DNA of 64,000 nt from Candidatus Shapirobacteria bacterium. GTDB lineage: Bacteria > Patescibacteriota > Microgenomatia > UM-FILTER-40-11. Numbering within the stretch: position 1 is the stretch's first letter; each line of letters begins with the position of its first letter. This document shows positions 45,656 through 54,116 of the stretch, piece after piece. Where the stretch lies: positions 26,932-90,931 of the forward strand of contig JAGVBK010000004.1 in the NCBI GenBank assembly GCA_020059745.1, written 5' to 3'. The notes under the pieces were generated by a model. The model did no database searches. It was not told the origin of the DNA and saw only the letters and a list, made by a program, of their open reading frames with translations. The translations under genes and the position numbers were made by a program.

Positions 45656-45693
45656 AGATTTCATAACTAATCTTTGGAAGTTAAGCTTAGGCT

Positions 45694-46041
45694 TTGGCTA
45701 TGGCTGGTTTTAAATGGGGAAACTGGAATTATCCCCCCTGGGGCAGGGGTGTTTACACGCTTCCTTACCGGGCTTATCAGGAGGGCTCTTGTGCAGATTA
45801 TCAAGCTCTTGACCTGCGCTTAATGACAGACGAGGACTTAAGAGAAAATGTTATTTGGGCAATTTATGCCAATCCGGAAATTCCCAAAGAAGAAAAAGAC
45901 AAGATTGAAGTTAAAGCAAAAAATAAAACAGTGGTTCTTTCAGGAAAAGTCAAAAACCGCAAAAATAAAATCAGGGCATTTGTCTCGGCTCTGCAAACAC
46001 CCGGAGCAAGAAGTGTTAAAAACAACATCAAAGTAGCTTAA
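45694..46041 (+). CDS. BON-domain protein (OsmY-like)
   Basis: C-terminal BON pattern IEVKAKNKTVVLSGKVKNRKNKIRAFVSALQTPGARSVKNNIKV. Confidence 0.75.
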   Translation: MAMAGFKWGNWNYPPWGRGVYTLPYRAYQEGSCADYQALDLRLMTDEDLRENVIWAIYANPEIPKEEKDKIEVKAKNKTVVLSGKVKNRKNKIRAFVSALQTPGARSVKNNIKVA

Positions 46042-46137
46042 GATTAGTCCTTTTCCCATTCTCCAGTCGGGGTCTTTGTACTGATCCCAGGCACTATTAA
46101 AGGCCTCACGGTAAATGTCTTTTGCCTGCTCAGGCAA
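45940..46137 (-). pseudogene. ChaB-like fragment (N-terminal half only)
   Basis: DLPEQAKDIYREAFNSAWDQYKD matches the ChaB signature (LPxxAQxIYxEAFNSAWxxY). The conserved AHKVAWAAVK half is missing, and the ORF tail runs antisense into the BON gene. Confidence 0.4.
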
Positions 46138-46182
46138 GTCAGTTTTATTTAGATTAAAAATAAGTTATAAAAAAATAAGGGC

Positions 46183-46200
46183 TTCTTACTTTTTTATTAC
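46183..46200 (+). promoter_or_regulatory. direct heptamer pair TTCTTAC-tttt-TTATTAC (consensus copy)
   Basis: 11-bp register, 59 nt upstream of ATG 46260 of the Gly/Tyr-rich BON protein. Confidence 0.5.
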
Positions 46201-46259
46201 CACCTTATTTTCCCCGGTTAAACATAAAAAAATATCGTTAAAAAAAGGAGGTGATAAAT

Positions 46260-46730
46260 ATGTTTCCATACGGATACGGCTATGGCGGTTATGGAGGTTA
46301 TGGCGCCCCTTACGGCGGATACGGCTATGGCGGTTATGGAGGTTATGGCGCCCCTTACGGCGGTTATGGTTACGGCGGTTATGGACCTGGTTATTGGGGA
46401 TACGGGCCCGACTGGGACTATACAGACTATTATGACTACAACAGAAACCTTGTTCTTGACGATAATGAAATTGAAGATCTGGTAAGTGACAATATCGCCT
46501 CTGACCCCTATATTCCCCAAAGGGATGTTAACAGTATTGAGGTAAAAGTAGAAGATGGCGTAGTTCACCTTTCGGGAACTGTACGCAATCGAAGAAGCAA
46601 GCCTCTTGCTTACGCTGATGCTTTTTGGAGCCGGGGGGTGGTTGATGTGCAAAGCAATATCAAGGTTGAAGAAAGAAGCCGGGAAAGAGAGGAAAGAGGA
46701 AGAAAGAAAGAAAAAGAAGAAAGACAATAA
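46260..46730 (+). CDS. Gly/Tyr-repeat BON-domain protein
   Basis: ORF track 46251..46730. ATG 46260 is preceded by AAAGGAGGTGA. It has an N-terminal (GYGYGGYGGYGAPYG)n low-complexity region. This is followed by the BON domain (IEVKVEDGVVHLSGTVRNRRSKPLAYADAFWSRGVVDVQSNIKV) and a KE-rich tail. Confidence 0.85.
   Translation: MFPYGYGYGGYGGYGAPYGGYGYGGYGGYGAPYGGYGYGGYGPGYWGYGPDWDYTDYYDYNRNLVLDDNEIEDLVSDNIASDPYIPQRDVNSIEVKVEDGVVHLSGTVRNRRSKPLAYADAFWSRGVVDVQSNIKVEERSREREERGRKKEKEERQ
46271..46384 (+). repeat. 45-bp tandem repeat (two perfect copies plus a partial third)
   Basis: 46271..46315 and 46316..46360 are identical (cggatacggctatggcggttatggaggttatggcgccccttacgg), followed by a degenerate partial copy. 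Each copy encodes the 15-aa GY unit. Confidence 0.9.
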
Positions 46731-46736
46731 CCAAAG

Positions 46737-48275
46737 ATGAAGGCAGATCAACCGAAAAAAGAAAGCAGCTTGCCGGGAAAACCAAGCTCTTTTTGGCTGG
46801 AAACAGCCCCAGATAAACAGTTCCCAAAAGCTAAGGGCTATTTTTCTTTGGATGTTGCCGTTATTGGCGGTGGTATTGTGGGAATAACTACAGCCTACCT
46901 TCTTGGCAAAGCCGGATTAAAGGTAGCGGTTTTGGAAAAAGATAAAATTCTTCATGGCGTTACCGGCCATACCACCGCCAAGCTTACTTCCCAGCACGGA
47001 CTTATCTATCGCCATTTGATTAACAATTTTGGCCGGGAAAAAGCACAAACTTACGCAGAGGCCAACCAAAAAGCCATAGAAAAAGTGTTCGAAATCGCTG
47101 AAAAAGAAAAAATTGAATGTGATCTTAAAAGGGCCCTTGCTTATACTTACACAGAAGAAGAAAACGACAGAAAGGAAGCTTTAGAAGAAATAAAAGCCTG
47201 CCAAAGCTTAGGCTTGCCGGCAAAACTTAAAGAAGAAATTTCTTTACCTTTTAAGACCAAAGGCGCAGCCTGTTTTGAAAATCAAGCCATTTTTCATCCC
47301 TTAAAATTCCTTTACTCTTTGGCAGAAATTGTTTCAAAAAACGGCGGCTTAATTTTTGAAAATTCAAAAGTCATTAAGGTTAATGAAGGCAAAGAATGTC
47401 TTATTAAAACAGAAGAGGCAGAAATTAAAGCCAAAAAGGCAATTTTAGCCACCAACTTTCCCATTTACGATCAATGCTATTTTTTTGCCAGAATGTGGCC
47501 AAAACGCTCTTACGCTTTGGCGGTCAAGCTTAGAGAGAAGCTTCCTGAGGATTATTTTATTAGCTCAAGAAAAAAATTCCACTCCATCCGCCCGCATTTT
47601 TACGATAAAGGCTCAATTCTTATTATCGGCGGTGAGCCACACCGCACTGGACAGGGAAACGATACGGTCAAGCTCTATAAAAACCTTATTGAATTTGCCC
47701 AAAAAAATTTTGAAGTTGATTCTGTTTTATACCGCTGGTCAACTCATGACCAAATGCCGGCAGACAATGTCCCTTTTATTGGCAGAAGCTCCTTAAGGTC
47801 AAAAAACATCTTTGTTGCCACTGGTTTTAAAGGCTGGGGGATGTCTCACGGCATTGTGGCAGCCATGCTTTTTTTAGATTTAGTCAATGAGCAGAAAAAC
47901 CCCTGGGGTGAGCTCTATGATCCCTGTCGGTTTGAAGGAAAAGCGTCCGTAAAGACAATCATTGATCAAGGTATTACTGTTGCCAAAGAATATTTAGGGA
48001 ACCGTTTTCCCGGAAGAAAGCAGCAATCTCCCAGAGAATTAAAAAAGAAAGAAGCCGCAATAGGAGAAGAAAACAGCCAAAAAATTGCAATTTATAAAGA
48101 CGGTGAGGGGAAAAGCCATAAGGTCTCGGCTGTCTGTACTCACATGGGTTGCACTGTTTCCTGGAATAATGCTGAAAAAAGCTGGGACTGTCCTTGTCAT
48201 GGCTCAAGGTTTAACCATAAAGGTGAAGTTATTCATGCACCTGCAGTTAAAAATCTAAAAAAAATAAAGACTTAA
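46737..48275 (+). CDS. FAD-dependent oxidoreductase fused to a C-terminal Rieske [2Fe-2S] domain
   Basis: Dinucleotide fold VAVIGGGIVGITTAY and the Rieske motifs CTHMGC...CPCHGS. Confidence 0.88.
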   Translation: MKADQPKKESSLPGKPSSFWLETAPDKQFPKAKGYFSLDVAVIGGGIVGITTAYLLGKAGLKVAVLEKDKILHGVTGHTTAKLTSQHGLIYRHLINNFGREKAQTYAEANQKAIEKVFEIAEKEKIECDLKRALAYTYTEEENDRKEALEEIKACQSLGLPAKLKEEISLPFKTKGAACFENQAIFHPLKFLYSLAEIVSKNGGLIFENSKVIKVNEGKECLIKTEEAEIKAKKAILATNFPIYDQCYFFARMWPKRSYALAVKLREKLPEDYFISSRKKFHSIRPHFYDKGSILIIGGEPHRTGQGNDTVKLYKNLIEFAQKNFEVDSVLYRWSTHDQMPADNVPFIGRSSLRSKNIFVATGFKGWGMSHGIVAAMLFLDLVNEQKNPWGELYDPCRFEGKASVKTIIDQGITVAKEYLGNRFPGRKQQSPRELKKKEAAIGEENSQKIAIYKDGEGKSHKVSAVCTHMGCTVSWNNAEKSWDCPCHGSRFNHKGEVIHAPAVKNLKKIKT

Positions 48276-48901
48276 ATACTCTGGATTATTTCAATGGTAT
48301 TTAAAATCTCTTCAACCTGAAAAAAGCTCTCACTTTCAGAAGAAGTAATAATGCCTGAAATCTCATAAATTTTACCGTTTTTAATAGTGGTCAGATTAAT
48401 ACCCTGGCTTTCGTTTCCTTTGGTTAGAGTCTTTTTAAAAACAACTCCGTTTATAACTACATTCTCACATTTTTCAAAAGAGCCTTCACAATCTAAATGA
48501 TTTTTTAAGGATTGCTTTATTCCCTCGGTTACAATATTAAAATTAATAACTACCGCATCTGCCGGCAAAATAAAAGCACTTTTTTGCTCCTGATAGTCAA
48601 AATTTGCCAGAGCCCAAGACTCAACAGGAACCCGAAAACTGCTTTGTGCTTTTGGAGAAACTTCAACAACTTTCCATTCCGGGGGGTAGCTGAATTTAAA
48701 AGAATTGTCCTTACTTAAAAAAGCCTTCCACCCCTTTTCGTCTAAATCCTCAATTCCCCCCTGGTCTTGCCAAGAGTAAATTTCCTCCTTAAATGTAAAA
48801 ATCTCCTCAAAAAAGCGGTCGGAAAACAAAAAATCAAAAGACAATAAAAAGACAATAAAAAAAGAAAGAAACAAAAAAATTACGAGGGCTACTTTCATCA
48901 A
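48272..48901 (-). CDS. hypothetical membrane-anchored/secreted protein
   Basis: N-terminal TM (VALVIFLFLSFFIVFLLSF) and a beta-rich remainder. No motif recognised. Confidence 0.55.
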   Translation of the reverse strand: MMKVALVIFLFLSFFIVFLLSFDFLFSDRFFEEIFTFKEEIYSWQDQGGIEDLDEKGWKAFLSKDNSFKFSYPPEWKVVEVSPKAQSSFRVPVESWALANFDYQEQKSAFILPADAVVINFNIVTEGIKQSLKNHLDCEGSFEKCENVVINGVVFKKTLTKGNESQGINLTTIKNGKIYEISGIITSSESESFFQVEEILNTIEIIQSI

Positions 48902-48943
48902 GCTAACTTAGCGTTTGGGGTTGATAAAGGGATAAAAGCCGAG

Positions 48944-48961
48944 CAAGAGATTAGTAAGAAA
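48944..48961 (-). promoter_or_regulatory. direct heptamer pair TTCTTAC-taat-CTCTTGC (minus strand)
   Basis: GCAAGAG at 48944-50 and GTAAGAA at 48955-61 are in 11-bp register, 42 nt upstream of ATG 48901. Confidence 0.4.
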
Positions 48962-49012
48962 CATTGAAAAAGCCAAAGTTTCCCAATAGAATAAATATAC
49001 TGTAAAAAATAT

Positions 49013-49558
49013 ATGTCTTTTACCAACATTGACACCGGCAATAGGAGTCCTGAAATTATAAATGTGGTGGTGGAAATCCCCAAAGGCTCTCACAACAAAT
49101 ATGAATATGACGAAAAAACCGACGAAATCAGGCTGGACCGCGTTCTTTATTCTGCTGTTTTTTATCCCTCCGACTATGGCTTTGTTCCCCATACCCGCTC
49201 TGAAGACGGTGACCAGCTTGATGTGATGGTGATCATCTCTGAGCCTCTTTTTCCGGGTTGTGTTTTGCCGGTAAGGCCAATTGGCGTTTTAAGCATGGAA
49301 GATGAAGAAGGCAATGACGACAAGGTGATTGCCGTGGCCTTAAAAGATCCCAGGCTTAAGCAAGTTAATTCAATAAACGACCTTGACAGTCATTACAAAA
49401 AAGAGATCCAGAACTTTTTTGAAATGTACAAAAACCTGGAAAAAAAACCAGTTAAAGTTCACCGCTGGCTTGGCAAAGAAGAAGCTTTTAGGATAATAAA
49501 TAAAGCCAAGGAAAGATACGAAAAAGAAATAAAGAAAGAGCCTGAAAAAAAAGATTAG
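49013..49558 (+). CDS. ppa: inorganic pyrophosphatase (family I)
   Basis: EIPKGSHNKYEYD and DGDQLDVMV motifs. Confidence 0.92.
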   Translation: MSFTNIDTGNRSPEIINVVVEIPKGSHNKYEYDEKTDEIRLDRVLYSAVFYPSDYGFVPHTRSEDGDQLDVMVIISEPLFPGCVLPVRPIGVLSMEDEEGNDDKVIAVALKDPRLKQVNSINDLDSHYKKEIQNFFEMYKNLEKKPVKVHRWLGKEEAFRIINKAKERYEKEIKKEPEKKD

Positions 49559-49559
49559 T

Positions 49560-49823
49560 TTATTTTTTGCTATTTTTCTTCTCGATAAAGGAAAGCAGTC
49601 TGCCGTTATCAATATCCCAACGGTTAAGCCAGAAAATATATAAAATTTCCAAAATCCCTAAAGTGTTAAAAACCAAAATAACAATAAACCAAAGAAGGTG
49701 TCTTTTACCGGCTGCCTTCCAAAGAGCCCAACCTTTCCAGAAAAGAGCCCATAAAAGAAAGAAAGTCTTTACTCCCGGGTCTGACAAGAAATTCACTACC
49801 TGACTCTCAAAATTGTTCATCAA
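49560..49823 (-). CDS. DUF5652-family membrane protein
   Basis: KGWALWKAAGKRHLLWFIVILVFNTLGILEILYIF matches the family pattern. Confidence 0.7.
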   Translation of the reverse strand: MMNNFESQVVNFLSDPGVKTFFLLWALFWKGWALWKAAGKRHLLWFIVILVFNTLGILEILYIFWLNRWDIDNGRLLSFIEKKNSKK

Positions 49824-49835
49824 ACCAGTATAACA

Positions 49836-50063
49836 TTAAAGCTTTCGCCGGCAAAAGACCGGAGACACAAAAGCAAGGTACAACCCAGCCAGTCCGACCA
49901 GCACATATATTGTCCGCGTGATTGAACTCATCACTCCGAAAAGAGCAGATACAAGATTATAATTAAAAAGGCCAACAGCTGCCCAATTAAGAGCTCCTAC
50001 AATCACTAAAATCAAGGATATCCAGTCAAGCACATTAAGCCTTCCGACATTATTTACATCCAC
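49836..50063 (-). CDS. DUF378-family small membrane protein
   Basis: LDWISLILVIVGALNWAAVGLFNYNLV, with two TM helices. Confidence 0.75.
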   Translation of the reverse strand: MDVNNVGRLNVLDWISLILVIVGALNWAAVGLFNYNLVSALFGVMSSITRTIYVLVGLAGLYLAFVSPVFCRRKL

Positions 50064-50138
50064 TTTGACTCACCTCCCTCATCTTAAGATAACTTTTTTA
50101 AATCTATATTCGGGTTATGAGAAAAAAATAAAAAACAG

Positions 50139-50156
50139 GTAATAAAGAGGTAAGCG
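50139..50156 (-). promoter_or_regulatory. direct heptamer pair CGCTTAC-ctct-TTATTAC (minus strand)
   Basis: GTAATAA at 50139-45 and GTAAGCG at 50150-56 are in 11-bp register, 75 nt upstream of the DUF378 ATG (50063). Confidence 0.45.
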
Positions 50157-50160
50157 CTTC

Positions 50161-51663
50161 CTAAGGAAAATTTAAGAAAACCTCTTTGAGTGTTTGCTTC
50201 TCTAGGTTAAACACTCTTATCAAGTGATTATTGGTATCTGAAATATAAAGGTTGTCTTTTGAAAAATAAACATCATTAGGTTCAAAAAGAGGTAAAACTT
50301 CACAAGACCTGTCGTTTATGGTGCAAAACCGGGGAGAATCCTCTCTTTTAATAAGGGAAGTCACTTTTCTTTCCCGAAGACTAAGATTCCTAATGGCATG
50401 ATTATAGGTGTCGGCTACAAACACCTCTCCTTCCTTAGCAAAAATCCCTAAGGGGTGCTGAAATTCCGCCTCGCCGAAAGAGCCATCTTTAAAACCAAAT
50501 TCGAACAAACCTTTGCCAACAAGGGTTTTTACCTCACCCTCTCTAAGGTCAATGTACCTGATGGCAGAAACCTCGCTGTCGGCAAAATATATTCTTTCTT
50601 TATAAATGCTTATTCCGCTGGGCTGAGCCATCTGGCTTGCAAGAAGACTTGCATCAACAATATTTTCAAGACCGCTTCCGGCAAAAACCCTAATCAGGTT
50701 TTCCGCAATATTAAGGCTAAAAATCTGATGGCTTCCGGCCATAGCTATATAAAGATAGCCTTCGGCATAATCAAGGTCCCAAGGCGAATTTAAACTAATC
50801 TCTAAAGATTTACTTTCACCCGAAGGAGCTACCCCTTGTCTGCCGTTTCCCGCCACCGTCTCCACCTCTTTTTTTCTTAAATCAACCCTTCTTAAAAGGT
50901 GGTTTTCCGTATCACAAATATAAAGAAAATCGCCTACCAAGCAAAGCCCTTGTGGCTGGTTAAAAGAAGCGTTTTCAAGAGAGCCGTCTCTATCTCCTTT
51001 TTTTCCTGAGCCAATAATCTCGGTCACTTTCACCTGGTCAGGAGAAAGAAATCGGCTTTCTATTATCCGGTGATGATTTGAATCAGAAATATAAAGATAT
51101 TCTCCCCGGGAATCCAGTGTAATTTTTGAAGGAAATGAAAGCGTGCTTTTTAAGACTGGCGTTTTTTTAATAAATTGAGGCGGAGCTTTTGCCAAAATCC
51201 CTCGATTTTTTCCTTCCTTAAGCAAACCTTCAACTGTTTTATCAAGCTGCAAACGCCAACCTTCTCCAGCCACCTGGCCCCTGATTGCTCCCTCTCCGTC
51301 AAGTAAAACAAAAGTGGGCCAAGCCCGCACAGTGTAGGCCTCCCAAAGCTCCCGGTTATTATCAAGAACAACCGGATGCTCAATTCCGTAGCGGGCAACG
51401 GCAGAGACAACATTTTCCTTCTTTTTTTCATTGGCAAACTTTGGCGAGTGAACACCAATAACTAAAAAGGGCTCATTTTTATACTTGTCCTCTAGATACT
51501 TAAGATCAGGAAGAATGTGAATACAGTTTATGCAACAGTAAGTCCAAAAATCGAGCAGAACTACATATCCTTTTAAATCTTTTAGGCTTAAGTCTTTTGA
51601 AGTGTTTAACCAAGTAGCTTCCTTAGGTAAATCCGGAGCATAGAGATTGTAAGCTTCAACCAT
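50161..51663 (-). CDS. thioredoxin-like (redoxin) domain fused to an NHL-repeat beta-propeller
   Basis: N-terminal FWTYCCINCIH (CxxC) redoxin fold and C-terminal repeated NHL units (YISDSNHHRI, YICDTENHLLRRV, VADTYNHAIR, YISDTNNHLIR). Confidence 0.85.
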   Translation of the reverse strand: MVEAYNLYAPDLPKEATWLNTSKDLSLKDLKGYVVLLDFWTYCCINCIHILPDLKYLEDKYKNEPFLVIGVHSPKFANEKKKENVVSAVARYGIEHPVVLDNNRELWEAYTVRAWPTFVLLDGEGAIRGQVAGEGWRLQLDKTVEGLLKEGKNRGILAKAPPQFIKKTPVLKSTLSFPSKITLDSRGEYLYISDSNHHRIIESRFLSPDQVKVTEIIGSGKKGDRDGSLENASFNQPQGLCLVGDFLYICDTENHLLRRVDLRKKEVETVAGNGRQGVAPSGESKSLEISLNSPWDLDYAEGYLYIAMAGSHQIFSLNIAENLIRVFAGSGLENIVDASLLASQMAQPSGISIYKERIYFADSEVSAIRYIDLREGEVKTLVGKGLFEFGFKDGSFGEAEFQHPLGIFAKEGEVFVADTYNHAIRNLSLRERKVTSLIKREDSPRFCTINDRSCEVLPLFEPNDVYFSKDNLYISDTNNHLIRVFNLEKQTLKEVFLNFP

Positions 51664-51671
51664 AGCGGTAG

Positions 51672-52148
51672 CTAAAGATTAAAACGGTCAAGTTCAGGCC
51701 AATAAACATCACCTGCCACTCCTAAAAGAGAGGCGCATTTTTTCAGGCAATCACTCGCGGCCGATTTAAGATCATCGGCAATACTGATAAGCTCACCGTT
51801 TCGGGTGTATTTTATGTCAGAACCGCCATACTGCGCCTTAACAATGGTATGGTCTTTTATCCTCACGGTTAGCTCTCCCCTAACCCAGACCTGTTTTTTC
51901 CCTACCTCCTGATCTAAAATCCGAAAATCCCAATCCCAACCAAAAGCCTGATTTAAAAGATTGACTACATACCCGATTTCCACATAGTCAAGCTCTTTGC
52001 CGCCCGGACCTGGTCTTTTTTTTATAAACTGCTTGGGTGTCTTTTGGGTAATAAAACTGCGCTGGGCCTGGTTTAGATTTTGCGGCAACTGGTTAAGTTT
52101 AAGGTCTTTTTCATTATTCTCTTCCATACGGTAAATATGAATTTTCAT
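51672..52148 (-). CDS. Rad52/Rad22-family single-strand annealing protein
   Basis: KRPGPGGKELDYVEIGYVVNLLNQAFGWDW and DDLKSAASDCLKKCASLLGVAGDVY align with the Rad52 N-terminal signatures ([26 protein letters not shown] and EAVTDGLKRALRSFGNALG). Confidence 0.75.
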   Translation of the reverse strand: MKIHIYRMEENNEKDLKLNQLPQNLNQAQRSFITQKTPKQFIKKRPGPGGKELDYVEIGYVVNLLNQAFGWDWDFRILDQEVGKKQVWVRGELTVRIKDHTIVKAQYGGSDIKYTRNGELISIADDLKSAASDCLKKCASLLGVAGDVYWPELDRFNL

Positions 52149-52171
52149 AATAAAAGAACCCTTAAAGCAAG

Positions 52172-52208
52172 GTAAGACCTTGGTAATAGATTCTTACTTT
52201 TGTCTTAC
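52172..52208. promoter_or_regulatory. four heptamers in two opposed pairs: GTAAGAC-cttg-GTAATAG and TTCTTAC-tttt-GTCTTAC
   Basis: 52172-78/52183-89 (facing the rad52-like gene) and 52191-97/52202-08 (facing the aldo/keto reductase, 44 nt before GTG 52253). Each pair is in 11-bp register. AAGGTAAGAC and GTCTTACCTT also form a 10-bp inverted repeat. Confidence 0.5.
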
Positions 52209-52252
52209 CTTCTTTAAACAAAGGGTTTGGTTTTGGCTTTTAAGATAAAAGG

Positions 52253-53023
52253 GTGGTATTTTTTGAGTTTAAAGACGGCAGTAAAGTTCCGGCATTAGGC
52301 TTGGGAACCTGGAACCTAACCGGAGAAAACGGTAAAAGAGCAGTCGCCAAAGCGTTGGAAATCGGCTACCGCCATTTTGACACCGCAGAAGCTTACGGCA
52401 ATCACCGTATTGTCGGCGAGGCAATCGCGGAAAGCGGGATAGAAAGAAAAGAAATATTTATTACCTCAAAAGTACCGTCAAGAAGTCTTTTAAAAGAGGC
52501 GGTTATTGAAAGCGGTAAAAGAGCTTTGGACGAACTTAAAACAGATTACCTTGACCTTTTTCTAATCCACTGGCCAAACCCTTCAGTTCCGATAAAAGAA
52601 ACACTTTCCGGTTTTAGTGAGCTTAAAGAAAAAGAATTAATTCGTTCAATCGGAGTTTCCAATTTCGGCATCGAAGAGCTTAAAGAAGCTTTAAAAGAAG
52701 GAGTGAAAATTGTAAATAACCAAGTGGAGCTTCATCCCTCTTTTAACCAAAGCAGGTTGAAGAGCTATTGTGCTGAAGAAAAAATTATAATCACCGCCTA
52801 CTCGCCTTTTGCCCAGGGAAAGGACCTCAAGCTCAAAGAAATAAATAAGCTTTCAGAAAAATACAACCATCCGGCTTCACAAATTATTATTAATTGGATT
52901 ATCCAAAAAGAAATGATTGCCATCCCAAAATCAGGAAACGAGGAACATCTTAGAGAAAATTTCAATGCCTTAGAGTGGAAACTGGCAAAAGAAGATATTG
53001 ATTTGATTGATAAAATTAGTTAA
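52253..53023 (+). CDS. aldo/keto reductase (2,5-diketo-D-gluconate reductase-like)
   Basis: GLGTW, HFDTAEAYGN and LIHWP motifs. GTG start. Confidence 0.88.
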   Translation: MVFFEFKDGSKVPALGLGTWNLTGENGKRAVAKALEIGYRHFDTAEAYGNHRIVGEAIAESGIERKEIFITSKVPSRSLLKEAVIESGKRALDELKTDYLDLFLIHWPNPSVPIKETLSGFSELKEKELIRSIGVSNFGIEELKEALKEGVKIVNNQVELHPSFNQSRLKSYCAEEKIIITAYSPFAQGKDLKLKEINKLSEKYNHPASQIIINWIIQKEMIAIPKSGNEEHLRENFNALEWKLAKEDIDLIDKIS

Positions 53024-53091
53024 ATTATAAAAACTCCCCTTGTTGTTTAAGTTTTGTTTGGTATAATTATCGACTTAACCGGAGTCAAAAA

Positions 53092-53727
53092 ATGATTCAA
53101 AAAATTAAAAGATGGTACAAAGAACTTCCCGATAATAAGCGCTACTTTGAACTTTTAAGCGCAGTGCTCTCTATTCCTGTTTTAGTTACGGTGATTCTTT
53201 TAAATGTTAACAATCTCGAAAACATGAGAAGCAGGTCAGTGGAAAAAGAAGCGGCCGGAAAAGCTCCGGAACCCACTGTCATTGAAAGAATTATTGAAAA
53301 AGAGGTTTCTCCCACCATTGAGCCGTCTCCTTCCCCAACCCCACCCGCTACTACCCCACAAGAATGCATTAAAGAAATCGGGCCGGTGGAAATAATCACT
53401 CCTTCTGAAAACGAAGTCATTGCCAAAGACCCAATTTGCATTGAAATCTCGCGCTCAAACAAGTATTGTTCTGTAGTCTGGTCCTATAGAATTAACGGAG
53501 GGTCTTGGTCTGATTTTACCGATAAGTCTATTTGCATCTACAGTCTTTCCCCTGGAGAAAAAAAGCTTGAGCTGAGAGTCAAAAGTTTAGTTTCAAACGA
53601 GCAAGTCTTACTTGAAAGAAACTTTACTATTAAAAGTGAGGAAATTCCTACCCCCGGACCAACCATTGAACCCGTTTCTGTGGAACCAAACAAAGAAAAC
53701 GACCCGAACAAAGTCTCGGAACTATAA
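53092..53727 (+). CDS. hypothetical membrane-anchored protein with a Pro-rich linker
   Basis: A TM (LLSAVLSIPVLVTVILL), a PSPSPTPPATTP linker and a beta-rich C-terminal domain. Confidence 0.55.
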   Translation: MIQKIKRWYKELPDNKRYFELLSAVLSIPVLVTVILLNVNNLENMRSRSVEKEAAGKAPEPTVIERIIEKEVSPTIEPSPSPTPPATTPQECIKEIGPVEIITPSENEVIAKDPICIEISRSNKYCSVVWSYRINGGSWSDFTDKSICIYSLSPGEKKLELRVKSLVSNEQVLLERNFTIKSEEIPTPGPTIEPVSVEPNKENDPNKVSEL

Positions 53728-53730
53728 TTC

Positions 53731-53748
53731 CTCTTACAAATTCCCTAC
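53731..53748 (+). promoter_or_regulatory. direct heptamer pair CTCTTAC-aaat-TCCCTAC
   Basis: 11-bp register, 78 nt upstream of ATG 53827 of the GlsB/YeaQ-family gene. Confidence 0.45.
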
Positions 53749-53826
53749 AAGTTATTAAAAAAAGCTTTAAGTATGCCGGTTAAGCTAGCTATAGATTGTT
53801 TTGAGAGCTCAAAGGAGGTGAAGATA

Positions 53827-54075
53827 ATGAATTTACTTTTGTGGATACTGCTCGGCCTTATTGCAGGCTGGCTGGCCTCAGTTATTGTCAGAACCAACCG
53901 CACCCAAGGACCGCTTATGGATATTATCCTGGGGGTTTTAGGCGCTTTAGTAGGAGGCTTTATTATGAGCTTGCTTGGTTTTGGCGGCATTACGGGATTT
54001 AATATCTATAGCATTATTGTGGCTACCCTGGGTGCTATTCTTCTTATTGTCTTGCGCCGGGCTTTATTAAGATAA
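53827..54075 (+). CDS. GlsB/YeaQ/YmgE-family stress-response membrane protein
   Basis: ORF track 53773..54075. ATG 53827 is preceded by AAGGAGGTGA. LLWILLGLIAGWLASVIV...ILGVLGALVGGF matches the family. Confidence 0.82.
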   Translation: MNLLLWILLGLIAGWLASVIVRTNRTQGPLMDIILGVLGALVGGFIMSLLGFGGITGFNIYSIIVATLGAILLIVLRRALLR

Positions 54076-54116
54076 AGGTTGTCCTAAAAAGGAGGTTGTG
54101 ATAAGGTAAAGTACTA

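Noticed and set aside
46271-46384. Possible CRISPR array or other spaced repeats (this tandem repeat, plus the heptamer pairs and AATTAG words elsewhere)
   Set aside because: The repeats are contiguous or only 4 nt apart, there are no 25-40 nt unique spacers, and no cas genes are present. This is not CRISPR.
46115-46751. ORFs 46115..46435 (+), 46218..46751 (-) and 46282..46485 (+), with repetitive RLWRLW / AVMEVMAP peptides
   Set aside because: These are alternative frames of the 45-bp tandem repeat. Only the frame starting at ATG 46260 has a strong RBS and continues into a recognisable BON domain.
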